Source: Pecten maximus
Taxonomy: Eukaryota
Assembly: GCF_902652985.1 (NCBI RefSeq)
Contig: NC_047019.1
Location: 30,938,001-31,002,000 of the forward strand
Direction: 5' to 3'
DNA length: 64,000 nucleotides
A program made the position numbers and the translations under genes. Below are positions 27,101 through 38,548 of this stretch, piece by piece. The notes beneath the pieces were generated by a model that was not told the DNA's origin, made no database searches, and saw only the letters and a list, made by a program, of their open reading frames with translations. Position 1 is the stretch's first letter. Every line of letters starts with the position of its first letter.

Positions 27101-30100
27101 GCTAAAAAGAAGATCTCTATAGGCGAGCGGGATATTGTGGCTAGTATTTACCAGGGTTACAGTTAGTTGCTATCATGACAAAAATGATTAGCCAGAGACC
27201 TATGGCTAGCTGAAGTAATGTTGTTACATGTATTTGTGCTGTACTTGCATGTCTTTTCATGGACTGAAGTACATGTATATGATATCATATTTGCCTTTTA
27301 GCTTTATGCTTATGTTTCTTTAGCTCAGTAGTGATAGGCTGAATGGCTAGGAGTAAATTCTGGTTGGAAGCATACTTCTTTACATTTGTATATCCTGTTA
27401 CAATTCTGTCAAAGAGTGTGTATTTAATGCCAGGATCCATAGAATTACCTAGAGAGAAAAGTAAAATTCCATATTATTCTGGTCTTGATTATAACCAGAC
27501 ATGGCATGTTGTACACTTTGTCTTAGGATTCAAGATTAAGATATCATTATTGTTTTTAAACATTTTAGTAAGAAATAATGATTTTCGTAAATAGGGTCTG
27601 TGTATGGCGCTTTGCAGCTCGTCTCCAGTCCCACTGTGGTAAGTACTTTTGTGTTCTGTGATCTAACATTCTGACAGAATTATGTGTAAGTTGACACAAT
27701 TTTGAGAGAAAGTCTCAAGTGACCTTTTTGCAATACACAATTTCCAAGTTAATTTAAGTCCCTCCTTGTGAGCTCTTAAAAAAGGAGATAAATTACTCAT
27801 CCGATTTGATGCATGGTAGAAACAATATAATATACTGTGAATACATGATGCAGGGACCTAGTAGAAGTAGAAGTGTTAGCTTGATGTGTTTCAGACTTGC
27901 GCAAGACATTTCTGTTTTACTTGAAATTTAATTAAAGAATATTGATAACTATTTATCTGGAAAACACAATACACAAAACGATACTTACTAACGAGCAAAT
28001 ATGAAAGCTTCCTAAGTAATGTGTGTGTACTGTATTGGTAAACTCCAATCTATGTACATAGGGACGATGGAGTGATGTTATGGGTCGTAAAGCCTGCCTT
28101 GTACCTTGTCTCCTCATGTCAGCAGTAGGTTACCTGTCAATGGGCTTCTCCTACACACTAACGATACTCATCTTCTCACGGATCATCACAGGTATGTGTA
28201 AAGTACTGGTAGGATTTCTGTTTTTCTGAGTGGTAGGGTAAATATAAACTAATATTGTACTTGGTACTTTCTGAGTGGTAGGGTAAATATAAACTAATAT
28301 TGTACTTGGTACTTTCTGAGTGGTAGGGTAAATATAAACTAATATTGTACTTGGTACTTTCTGAGTGGTAGGGTAAATATAAACTAATATTGTACTTGGT
28401 AAAAAAACTTCCTCCCACATCAAGACCCCAACAAGAGTGATTGATACATTAATATTAGTTGATATCTCTTGTTTCATTATCCTACAAAATGAAATTGAAC
28501 ACTTTTCATCCTGCTTCACTGTTTAAGTCACAGGTGCTTGACATGTTCTATGACCCAGAATGAAAAATTAACCCCTGGGACTGACCCTAGATCACTTATT
28601 ATTGATGAGAACACAGGGGCTTGAGACATTCCTATGACCAAGAATGTAAAATAAACCCAGTGTCTAACCCCTAGATTTCATTTAAACTTCATTGTTATAA
28701 AACAAATGGATTGGACAACAGGCAAGCCTATATGAGTCCTCTCCAAAAGGTACCACACAGACTATACTAAACATTCAACATAATTACTGAAATCTTTTTG
28801 TACTATTTATATAAAATTGTACATTAGTTAAGATAAATTTGATATCACCTGAAGTTCATAGGATTGCATTAGAATTACCAATACGGTTATAAATTATAAA
28901 TTTCATTAATTAAATACCTAGAATTAGAGAAATTAGGACAAGTAAAAAAGTAATGATCATTATTTTCAATATGTGAACCACAGGTACAAACTGGATATGG
29001 GATAAGTGATCTTTAGATTTATGATGGTTCAAGTGTACTTGCATTATTTCTTTATCAATTGACACAAGATAATATCTAATTTACGAGGGATGCAGTTTTA
29101 ATCCCACCATCATCAAATTTCATATGTAGGTTCCCCTTGGTGCCTAGTTATGCATATTGCATTTTGACACCAATCGGAAAACAACATGGCCGACAGGCAG
29201 CCATCTTGGATTTTGACAATTGAAGATTGTTATCGCTATTTCTCAAAAAGCACAGAAGGGATCTTTCTCAAATTTCATATGTAGGTTCCCCTTGGTGCCT
29301 AGTTATGCATATTGCATTTTGAGACCGATCTGAAAACAACATGGCCGACAGGCAGCCATCTTGGATTTTGACAATTGAAGTTTGTTATCGCTATTTCTGT
29401 GAAAGTACTTAAGGGATCTTTTTCATATTTGTTATGTAGGTTCCCCTTGGTGCCTAGTTATGCATATTTCATTTTGAGACCAATCGGAAAACAACATGGC
29501 CGACAGGCAGCCATCTTGGATTTTGACCATTAAAGTTTGTTATTGCCATTTCTGAGAAAGTACTGAAGGGATCTTTCTCAAATTTCATATGTAGGTTCCC
29601 CTTGGTGCCTAGTAATGCATATCGCATTTTGGGACTGATCGGAAAACAACATGGCTGACAGGCAGCCATCTTGGATTTTGACCATAGAAGTTTGTTATCG
29701 CTATTTCTGAGAAAGTTCTGATTGGATCTTTCTCCAATTTCATATGTAGGTTCCCCATTGGTGCCTAGTTATGCATATTGCATTTTGAGACCAATTAGAA
29801 AACAACATGGCCGACAGGCAGCCATCTTGGATTTCGAAAATTGAAACTGGTTATCACTATTACTAAGAAACTAATGAAGGGATCTTCCTGAAATTTCATA
29901 TGTAGGTTCCCCCAGGTGCCTAGTTATGCATATTGCATTTTGAGACCAATCGGAAAACAACATGGCCGACAAGCAGCCATCTTGGATTTTGACAATTGAA
30001 GTTTGTTATCTCTATTTCTCAGAAAGCACTGAAGGAATCTTTCTCAAATTCCATATATATAGGTTCCCCTAGGTGCCTAAATCTTAAATTTTATATATAG

Positions 30101-32789
30101 GTTTCCCTTGTTTGAAAAGTACTAGAGGTTTCTTCTGAGTTTACACAGATTAGTAAGACTTAGAAGAAGAGAAAAGTAGAGAAAAGATCAATCTGACATG
30201 GAACCTATGAAGAACATTCAATGGTGGGCGCCAAGATCCCTCTGGGATCTCTTGTTAGGATATACTAGAACCTTATTACCTCCCTTTTCCACTAATTGTT
30301 AGTTCTTTTTATAATTACCTCCCTTTGACCATAAAAATCAATATATTCATAAAAAAAAATTCATCTCCATAGATATTTCATCTCCATTGACTTAATTTAT
30401 ACACATATTTCTTATACTTTTTCACTTTCAATTGTTTTAGTTTAATTCTACTATTGTTCTGTTTGTATTGGGGAAGACTTATATAGGCCAAGCCTGCTGT
30501 CTAACCCATTTGTATAAATGTTATACAATAAAATATGTTAAAATGAAAATGCAGTTTTAAATAGTAGCATATATAGTATCATTAGGATTTGCTAAGGTTT
30601 GATTAAGATTGTTTTTGAAGGATCAAGATTAGTCCATGCCTGCATAGTACTTGGAAAGAAACTTCTCTTGTAGATATTGATTTTTGATCTTGGTATATTA
30701 AAAATCTATGATGAAGCAGGTTATGAGTATTTTGCTGATGATTTATAAATATGGTTCGATGAAATTCAATAAATAATCAGGGATCATGTGATTTATAATT
30801 TTGTACATTAAAATTAATTTGTGCTTATGACGCCTTTATTCTAATTTTTCCACTTTGACCACTTCTTAACCAAGTAATGATTTTCATTTCATCAGCCCCT
30901 AGATCAGTTATTGTTGACAGCAGCATGGGAGCTGGACACATTCCTTTGACACATTCTTTTGACCCAGAATGGCCCAGTTAATGTCATTAATACTGAAAAG
31001 TGAATGTCAACACTACCCTGAACATACCCAACATGAAGTGCCTACACAAGTGAACATCCACATATCCATATATGTATTCACAACTTGCAACCGAAAAAAG
31101 GGTGACAACTGCACCTGCACTTATTTCACAGGTTGCACACCACCATCTCAGTTCACACTGTCCATATACAATGTATTTCAATACAAGGCTGTTCATAATA
31201 TATACTTCATATAAAACCTACTACTATTCATTCTGATAGAATTAATACAGGGACCAATTATTGTTCATCGGGATCATAGATAGCTCAAACATTTATTGTT
31301 CTTTGGTTTTGTGTCATACAGGTATGTTTAAACAAAGTCAGAGTATATCACGGTCGATGCTGTCTGACATCACACCAGAGGACCAGCGCTGCCGAGTATA
31401 CGGGAGGTTTAACTCGGTGTCCAGTATTGGCTTCATCCTCGGGCCACTAGTCAGTAGCACCATCATCAAACACGAAGGAGGATTCTACACAGTCAGCTGT
31501 CTCTGTGGCTCTGTATTTACTCTGAATGCTGGTACAAGTCTTTAATTTGGTTGGTTATGATACTCCACTGGTAGTAATTCACTAAATTAGGGTTTAACAT
31601 CAACAGATGTCACATACATTCCTTAATTGAAATCATCATTAGTTTACCCAAAATGTTCCTTCAGTTTACTTAAGCATCGTGCATTTATACATTTTGAACA
31701 AAAAATAATTGAAATGTGTGTAGCTGCCTACACGGTCCATGAAGTTTTTTTTCCCACTATGGTCTGTACATTTTTGGTAAAATTTCTCTTGTAAAATATT
31801 TCCTATGGCAATACATAAGACTACCGGTAGATCTTCATACATATTGTCAAGGAAACAACTATCAAAAGGTCAAGGTCAAAGTCTTTACAGTTAAGATACA
31901 ATGATTTTTTTTATATAAAATTAGCTTCATTTTCATACAACTACATAGTTAAAAAAACTGTTATTTAGGTTTTTCATGGCAGATGTTGACATGACAAATT
32001 TATGTCATAACAAAAAACAAATTAAGAAGCTTAACATCTTTATTGCCACTCAATGCATATCACATAGTCTGAATTGGTTTGACCTGTTTTGGGTATCAGG
32101 CTTTAAACAATGATTTTATTTTGGTTTCAGTACTGATGTGGTTTGTTTTACCATCAATTGGTCCCACCAAGAAGAAGTCTTTGCACCACAACAGTCTGAC
32201 AAATGTTATGATGTCATTTAAACATCTAAACTGGATAGACCTTTGGGATATTTTCCTGGTGAATTTCTTTGCTGGATTTTCTGTGATGCTATTCCGCAGT
32301 AACTCGGATATGATTTTCAGGGACAGGTTTGGGACAACAAAACAAGACATGAGCTACCTGACCTCCTATACGGCTGTAGTATCGGCCCTGTGTGGCTTTG
32401 TGTCGGGGTGGATAGCTAGTCACTACAAAGACAACTACCAACTGTATAAACACATGTTATATGGGTTATTTGTCACGTTAGTAGCTTTAACGTTAGTCGT
32501 GGACTTCTGGATGTATGTCGTAGTGCTGGCATTGCTTAGTTTTGTGACAACAAATCTACGAGTGGCTAGTGCCAGTCTGCTGGCGTCCAGAGCTGGTACT
32601 GGAGGTGTAGGGGCTGTTATGGGTCTGGGGGATACAGTCATGTCTGTAGCACGCATGTTGTCCCCTCTCCTATCTGGTATGGCTTTGGAAGTCAGCTCAT
32701 CTGGTCCTTCCCTCATAGGGTCAGTGATGGCTGCAGTAGCTGTTGTAGTCGTCTCCCTACGGTCACAATTAAAACTTCACCAAGAGTGA
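24174..32789 (+). CDS. MFSD9: MFSD9-like major facilitator superfamily transporter, paralog A (6 exons, ~389 aa)
   Basis: Exons 24174-24212 (MDVTTLLYVSGFL), 25855-25942 (DLFGVSMIV..LGASSTAAGFVG), 27595-27638 (SVYGALQLVSSPTV), 28062-28191 (GRWSDVMGRK, MFS motif A), 31322-31531 (MFKQSQSISRSMLSD..GFILGP) and 32131-32789. All introns are GT-AG with consistent phases; total 1170 nt in frame. Confidence 0.88.
24500..24855 (-). pseudogene. 3' fragment of a LINE RT (intron 1 of paralog A)
   Basis: MIHKLKWATLQ..., PFFPQTVT*WNL, resembling the SFFP.T...WN.LP C-terminus of L2/CR1-group elements. Confidence 0.55.
26150..26540 (-). mobile_element. Short HINE-type element, minus strand
   Basis: CAAGAGGCCCATGGGCC..TCACCTGAG end, two internal repeat units and a (GGAC)n microsatellite. 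Confidence 0.6.
26707..27161 (-). mobile_element. Miniature LTR retrotransposon (TRIM) with a tRNA-Thr-like sequence inside each LTR
   Basis: Direct repeats ~26740-26896 and 27003-27161 ending GGGTTACA (TGTAAC on minus). PBS TGGCGCCCATGTAGGGAC (26984-27001, tRNA-Lys-like). PPT GGAGGGGGAGTA (26897-26908). Internal region about 105 bp. Confidence 0.85.
28222..28401. repeat. 45-bp perfect tandem repeat, 4 copies (intron 4 of paralog A)
   Basis: Unit TTTCTGAGTGGTAGGGTAAATATAAACTAATATTGTACTTGGTAC. Confidence 0.93.
29115..30256 (+). repeat. 155-bp satellite array (about 6 units) with a HINE-like 3' end
   Basis: AACATGGCCGACAGGCAGCCATCTTGG at 29183, 29338, 29493, 29648, 29804 and 29959; ends AAGATCCCTCTGGGATCTCTTGTT. 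Inverted units also occur at about 33810-34175. Confidence 0.85.
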
Positions 32790-33809
32790 AATTGTGTTCT
32801 GCCAGACTTTTGTTGTGATATGTTTGCATATTTATTTGCTCAGGGATTTTATAAAGATAGATGTTCATGTTTGAATATTGTTTTTTGACATGTTTTTAAT
32901 CAATTAACTGTATATTAGTCAGTACAGATTTTCTCAGATAGAGTCATGACTTGGTAGTGAATATGGGGCTATAATTTCAATTATTGACTCCTAGCATGCA
33001 TCATGAAGTGGTTAATTGCTGCTTGTAACTATCTCTGTTTCATGGGACATAATCTAGCGAAGTCCATAAAATATACAAATAAGAGATATTACTTAACAAT
33101 TACATTCACATGATAAAAATCCCATTCGAACACACCTGAACAATTACACATTAGTTAAGAGATATCGATCAATAACATTAATAATTATCCCAGAATTACA
33201 AGGGAAGTAATGTAACTTAAGTTATCAATTTATTACATCATCATGTTTGTTAACTTATCATCTAAACTTTATTACATGGAAGGGGAAGTGAAATCGTCCA
33301 CATATCTCCATGTGTTTGTCAACAGTGACAACTTAATGGAGTCATTACACAGTGCTTCTTTCCCCAATCTCGCTATGTCTGGGTATTCTGGTAATGTCGG
33401 ACTAGGCTTGAAGAGTTATCTCCAAAACACTTACAGGCTCCGACATATGATGATCACGCTGCATCAGAAACACTAGGAATATTTCATTGACTAGGTTTAA
33501 AAAACTTATCTATCTTTTGGCTAGTACCTGCTGCTTTCTTCATTTTCAAATTTTGTCTACATGTTTACTTTCTCAGTACTCGATATTCTAAAATTAAAAC
33601 ACCATAACTATCAAAATATCCGCGTATCGGAAGCTATGCCCCTGCAAACTAAGTACATGTATTTGAATTTGTTTATTATTAAATTCCCTATAACACATTG
33701 ACACTGATGTGGGATTCTATACAAAATCATACAATGTGCCCAGATATTTCAGCAATGTCAGGACTAAAATTGCTCTAACTTTATAAGGTCCGAAGATAAT
33801 AAAGGGTTA

Positions 33810-34405
33810 AAGTGTTGCCACCTGTCGGCCATGTTGTTTTCCGATCGGTCGCAAAATTAAATGTACGCAACTATGGCCCAAAGTAAACCTGCATATGAAA
33901 TTTAAAAAAAATCCTTCAGTACTTCCTGAGAAATAGTGGTAATAAACTTTTATTGTCAAGATCCAAAATGGCTGCCTGTCAGCCATGTTGTTTTCCAATT
34001 ATTCCCAAAATGTAATATGCATAACTAGTGACTAAGGGGAACCTACATATGAAATTTGAGAAAGATCCCTTCTACTTTTTTCAGAAATAGCCTCAGCAAA
34101 CTTAAATTGTCAAAATACAAGATGACTGCCTGTCGGCCATGTTGTTTTCAGATTGGTCCCAAAATGCAATATGCTGAATTTTTTTGCCCTATAAACCCCT
34201 ACTCTTTCTTAATCTTTGAGTGGATTACAACCAAATTTGTTGTGAAACATCTGTAGAGTAGACAAATCATATATAAATGAGGCTGGTGTGACCCATGGAG
34301 ACTAAGTGGTGGGGCCACTAAAGGGAAACGTTTTTTGTGACTTTGCTTTCTATATATAATGATTCAATACTGTCAGATGACCGTTAAGCGCCATAGCCCT
34401 CTTGT
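33810..34405. repeat. Inverted copies of the 155-bp satellite joined to a HINE 3' fragment
   Basis: CCTGTCGGCCATGTTGTTTT-like motif three times; ends GATGACCGTTAAGCGCCATAGCCCTCTTGTT. Confidence 0.65.
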
Positions 34406-35058
34406 TATTTACATCATCATTTTACAAGGGTCTGAGTTGCAGGATCATCTGCATGAATATACATATCACTCTGATTAGTAACTATGGGGTGGGGGGAGGG
34501 GCGTTTATATACAAAATAAACGGCAATGGTCCCAATATTGATCCATGAGGGACCCCAACTGACAGGGGGAGGGAATCACTTAGATTCAAAATTTCATATG
34601 AGATATGACATCAGATTAATTTAATTGCTGGTAATGTGACGGCGGCACCACAGACACGAATTTAATTTCAGATACACGAATCAAACAGCCCCCTTGTGTA
34701 AGGAACGATAACTAGTATGAGAACAGACCATTGATGCATCGGGAACCGGCAATATTAAGATGGTGATCTATTGTGATTGTTGTCAGTCCCCTGTGATCGG
34801 ACAGCTCAATCTTTCCTTTCATGTGAAAGTTGTGTCTTTTCTTTTTGACTTCCTCTACCGAGTGCCTGAGAGTAGAGAAAGAATTGATAGCACTAGAACG
34901 CCAGAACATCTTAATTACTTACCACCACCATAGTCGGGGCAATCACATGTACATCTATTTTGATTAAATATTTCTAAATGTCGACGATAATATTATATTG
35001 CTATAATAAAGACTTAGAATTATACTGAGAAAACGGCCAATCATACTGTTGTGTAATA

Positions 35059-35518
35059 GTTTGGTTTGGATTGGTTTTATTTGTTTATAACGTCCTATCA
35101 ACAACTTTAATAGGTCATTTAAGGACGGCCTCCCGTGCGTGCGACATGCATGCGTGTTGTGAGTGCGTATTTGTGTTTTTGGAGGCTGCGGTATGTTTGT
35201 GTTAAGTCTCCTTGTGATAGTTCGGATCTTTTGTCGATTTATAGTGCTACCTTACTGAAGCATACTGCCGATGACACCCAGCAGGACACCCCACCCGGTC
35301 ACATTATACTGACAACGGGCGAACCAGTCATCCCACTCTTTATGTTATATGCTGAGCGCCAAACGGGAGTAGCAACTACCATTTTAAAGACACTGGTATG
35401 TCTCGGCCAGGGGACATAACCCAAAGCCTTCCTCACATTGGCGAACGTTCAACTAATGGTCAAAAGTGAGGCATTGGCAAGGGAGACATTAGGAAGAAAG
35501 GCGTTAAGAAAGAAGAGA
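35059..35518 (-). mobile_element. Second, 5'-truncated copy of the same SINE
   Basis: Reverse-complement match to about 37100-37550, including the tail. Confidence 0.85.
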
Positions 35519-35579
35519 CCGCGTACTTGTATTGTTATTCACAGGGTTTTGTTAATACTGATTTACATGATAAACGTGT

Positions 35580-36300
35580 TAGCTAACCTATGACATACCG
35601 TGGCATCCGCAATCCGTCCGTCCGTTCGTCAACAAATTAGACCGTCCTTCAACAAATTTGATGAAACTTTGTATGCAGCCATATATTGACAGGATCTCGG
35701 ACGAGTTCGAAATTGGAAATTATTTGACAGTAACATACAGAGTTATTGCCATGTGCATAATATTATTAGACCTTGTGAACATGATAACTGGAGTAAATAT
35801 CAACAAGGTTTTATGAAACTTTGCATGTAGCCATATATTGACAAGATCTTGGACGAGTTTCAAAATGGGAATTACTCATCTGTAACTGGCAGAGTTATTG
35901 CCGTTTGTAATAATATTATTACTAACATTTTTTTAGCCCACCTGGTCCGAAGGGTACATCTTTTTAAAATGCTAATTGTCCTGCAAAACTAAATGGATTT
36001 TGATGAATTTTGGTCTGGAAAATTATTTGACAATGCTTTATGTTGCATAGATTAAGGATGTAACACCCTTGGGGCGGGCGAAAAGGGGCCAAATAAAGGA
36101 AATATAGCAAAAAAAGCAAAAACAAACAAGCAACTTTAAAATCCCCCTTTCTTTATTCAAGAACATCAGGATTTAGTCAACCTGTAGTTTGAACAGTTGT
36201 TGAGAGAGTCGATTCAAAAGTAGGAAAATATTTGAAATGTATGTTGCCATACTTACTGAAATATCCAGGTGAGCGATACAGGCCCTATGGTACTATTGTT
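35580..36300 (+). mobile_element. Two adjacent degenerate HINE-type elements
   Basis: TTAGCTAACCT..(GTCC)n at 35579 and TTAGCCCACCTGGTCCGAAGG at 35933; end CCAGGTGAGCGATACAGGCCC at about 36265-36290. Confidence 0.6.
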
Positions 36301-36427
36301 TTATATTGAGAGCTGGCTGTCAAAGAATTGTAAATTCTGAAAATTCTGTATTATATTTATCAGATGTTCTAAAAAGTGTTTGAGGGTTGACTAAAATACA
36401 TTTGCCAATTGTGAACATGTTCTGACC

Positions 36428-36502
36428 TAGCCCGAGTTTCCTCTGGCCCTGAGACACCACCTACACCAGACATGGTGTCAGGGCCAGAGGAAACTCGGGC
36501 TA
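36428..36502. mobile_element. 75-bp hairpin mini-transposon with 9-bp TSD (AcademH-like TAG termini)
   Basis: Perfect 25-bp TIR TAGCCCGAGTTTCCTCTGGCCCTGA; TSD GTTCTGACC at 36419-36427 and 36503-36511. Confidence 0.8.
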
Positions 36503-36779
36503 GTTCTGACCAAGGTCAAGGTCAATATATCGGGTAAAAGAACGGCAAGAAAAATGAATTTATTCATAAAGTACATAATTTTTCTCCTGATCAACTCAAT
36601 TCTATAAATGATTATATTTTGTCGGAAAAGGCTTTTGTTAGTTTTGATAGTAAATCTGAAGTGAATGAGGTAGCTAACCAAATATCTAATCTACTAGTAT
36701 TCAAAAGCGGCAGTAACAGACATTTTTGGATACAAAATAAATCACACTGGCATACAAAATATAAATAATGTATATTATA

Positions 36780-37966
36780 ACAAACCATGGTTTACAGCTG
36801 AGTGTCTCACCAAAAGGCGGGCCTTCTATGATACGAAAAGTATATACGCAAGTCACAAAACTGATCTCAATAGACGAAATATGAAAAAAATAAAAAAGGG
36901 AATATATGAGAATATCAAAAAAGTAAGGAAGAGTTATAACGTATCTAAATTTAACATTGAAAATCACATACGAACTATGTCAAAATCTAATCCTAAAGAA
37001 TTCTGGAACATCTTAATTCATTCCCTGCAGGTAGGGCGTAAGAATTGTACCTGCTGCTCCCATTGCATGATCGTAAGAGGCGACTAAATTTGGGATATTA
37101 TCTTTTCTTTCTTAACAACTTTCTTCTTCCTAATGTCTCCCTCGACAATGCCTCACTTTTGGCCTTTAGTTGAGCGTTCGCCCCTGTGAGGAAGGCTTTG
37201 GGTTCTGTCCCCTAGCCGAAACATACCAGAGTCTTTAAAAATGGTAGTTGCTACTCCTGCTTAGCGCTCAGCATATTTGGAGTGGGACGACTGGTTCGCC
37301 CGTTGTCAGTATAATGTGACCGGGTGGGGTGTGCTGCTGGGTGTCTTCGGCAGTATGCTTCAGTGAGGTAGCACTATAAATCGGCAAAAGTTCCGGCCTA
37401 TCACAAGGAGACTTAACACGAACATACCGCAGCCTCCCAAAACACATACCCACTCACCACACGCATGCATGTCACACGCACGGGAGGCCGTCCTTAAATG
37501 ACCTTAGCTGTTAATAGGACGTTAAACAAAATAAACCAAACCAAACCAAACCAAACATCTTAATTCATTCAATAAAAGTAATAATAGAAATGGCAATACC
37601 GCTATATCTTTGGATTTCAAAAAATTAAGCAGCTCTGAGGATGACGAGGATGAAGTTATCATTCCAGATATACGAAAATGAGTTTGATTTTATACTGAAT
37701 AGTGAAGTGACTGAAAATGAAATTAGACAGGTAATTGTAACCTTCCTAGTAATAAGACACCAGGTTTTGATAATATTATCAATGAGTATATAAAACATAC
37801 ACACCTCGGTCTGTATATATTAAACTTTTTAATGTTATTTTAAACTCAGAATGTGTACCAGAAGCATGGACCATTGGAGTAGTTAAACCTTTATACAAAA
37901 AGAAGGGTGACCCTAAAAATCTCAATAACTATCGAGCGATCACACTAATCTCTTGTCTTGGCAAAG
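36780..37966 (+). pseudogene. Degenerate non-LTR retrotransposon (LINE) ORF2, linker and RT N-terminus; target of the SINE and Polinton insertions
   Basis: KPWFTAEC, SNPKEFWNIL, NKTPGFDNIINEYIK and VPEAWTIGVVKPLYKKKGDPKNLNNYRAITLISCLGK, with frameshifts. Confidence 0.85.
37024..37553 (+). mobile_element. SINE-like retroposon with tRNA-like segment, (AAACC)n tail and 17-bp TSD
   Basis: TSD AACATCTTAATTCATTC at 37007-37023 and 37554-37570. 3' end GACCTTAGCTGTTAATAGGACGTTAAAC followed by AAACC repeats. A second copy lies at 35059-35518 (minus). Confidence 0.88.
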
Positions 37967-38259
37967 AGTAGTACAAAAGTACCGGTTCTGGGCCACCCCT
38001 CTCCCCTATATAATCCTTACCACCCCCCAGTTGCACCCCCCTTCGACAGGGGGGTACCGATGACGTCACAGAGGGTTATCCGGTGCACTATAAAAGAGGT
38101 CACACCCCTCGGGGGGGGGGGGGGGGGGGGGGGTACCGATGATGTAACAAAGGGTCAGTCACCCCCTTCGTTAGGGGGGGGGGGGGGGGGGGGGGGTACC
38201 GATGTTGTCATGTTGATGACGTGTTTGGATTTTCCAATCTATTTCGAGGGATTGCATCA
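37967..38259. repeat. Left terminal inverted repeat of the Polinton
   Basis: Reverse complement of 44559-44849, with only about 4 substitutions plus poly-G length differences. Confidence 0.95.
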
Positions 38260-38548
38260 CAATCAGATATAACTTACAGGTCTTTCTAGAACAATATATA
38301 AGATAACAAGCTATTTTATGTACTGCATTTTATTTTCCCCGTCGCGATGGAATGAATGTAGGTCGGAGAGCCATCCCACATCCACCCTTACAAATAATAC
38401 CTACTCTATCATTGACAAATGAATATTTACATCTAAATGAGAGCCATCTATCACCCATGCTATAGTACTTGAGCGATCTGTATATATGTACGCTCTTTCC
38501 CATAACAAAGGGTCTTGATATTAGACCTTTCTAGGATAGTTCACTCTC

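Noticed and set aside
27039-27104. Functional tRNA-Thr gene
   Set aside because: The acceptor and anticodon stems do not pair and it is duplicated as part of LTRs, so it is treated as TE-derived.
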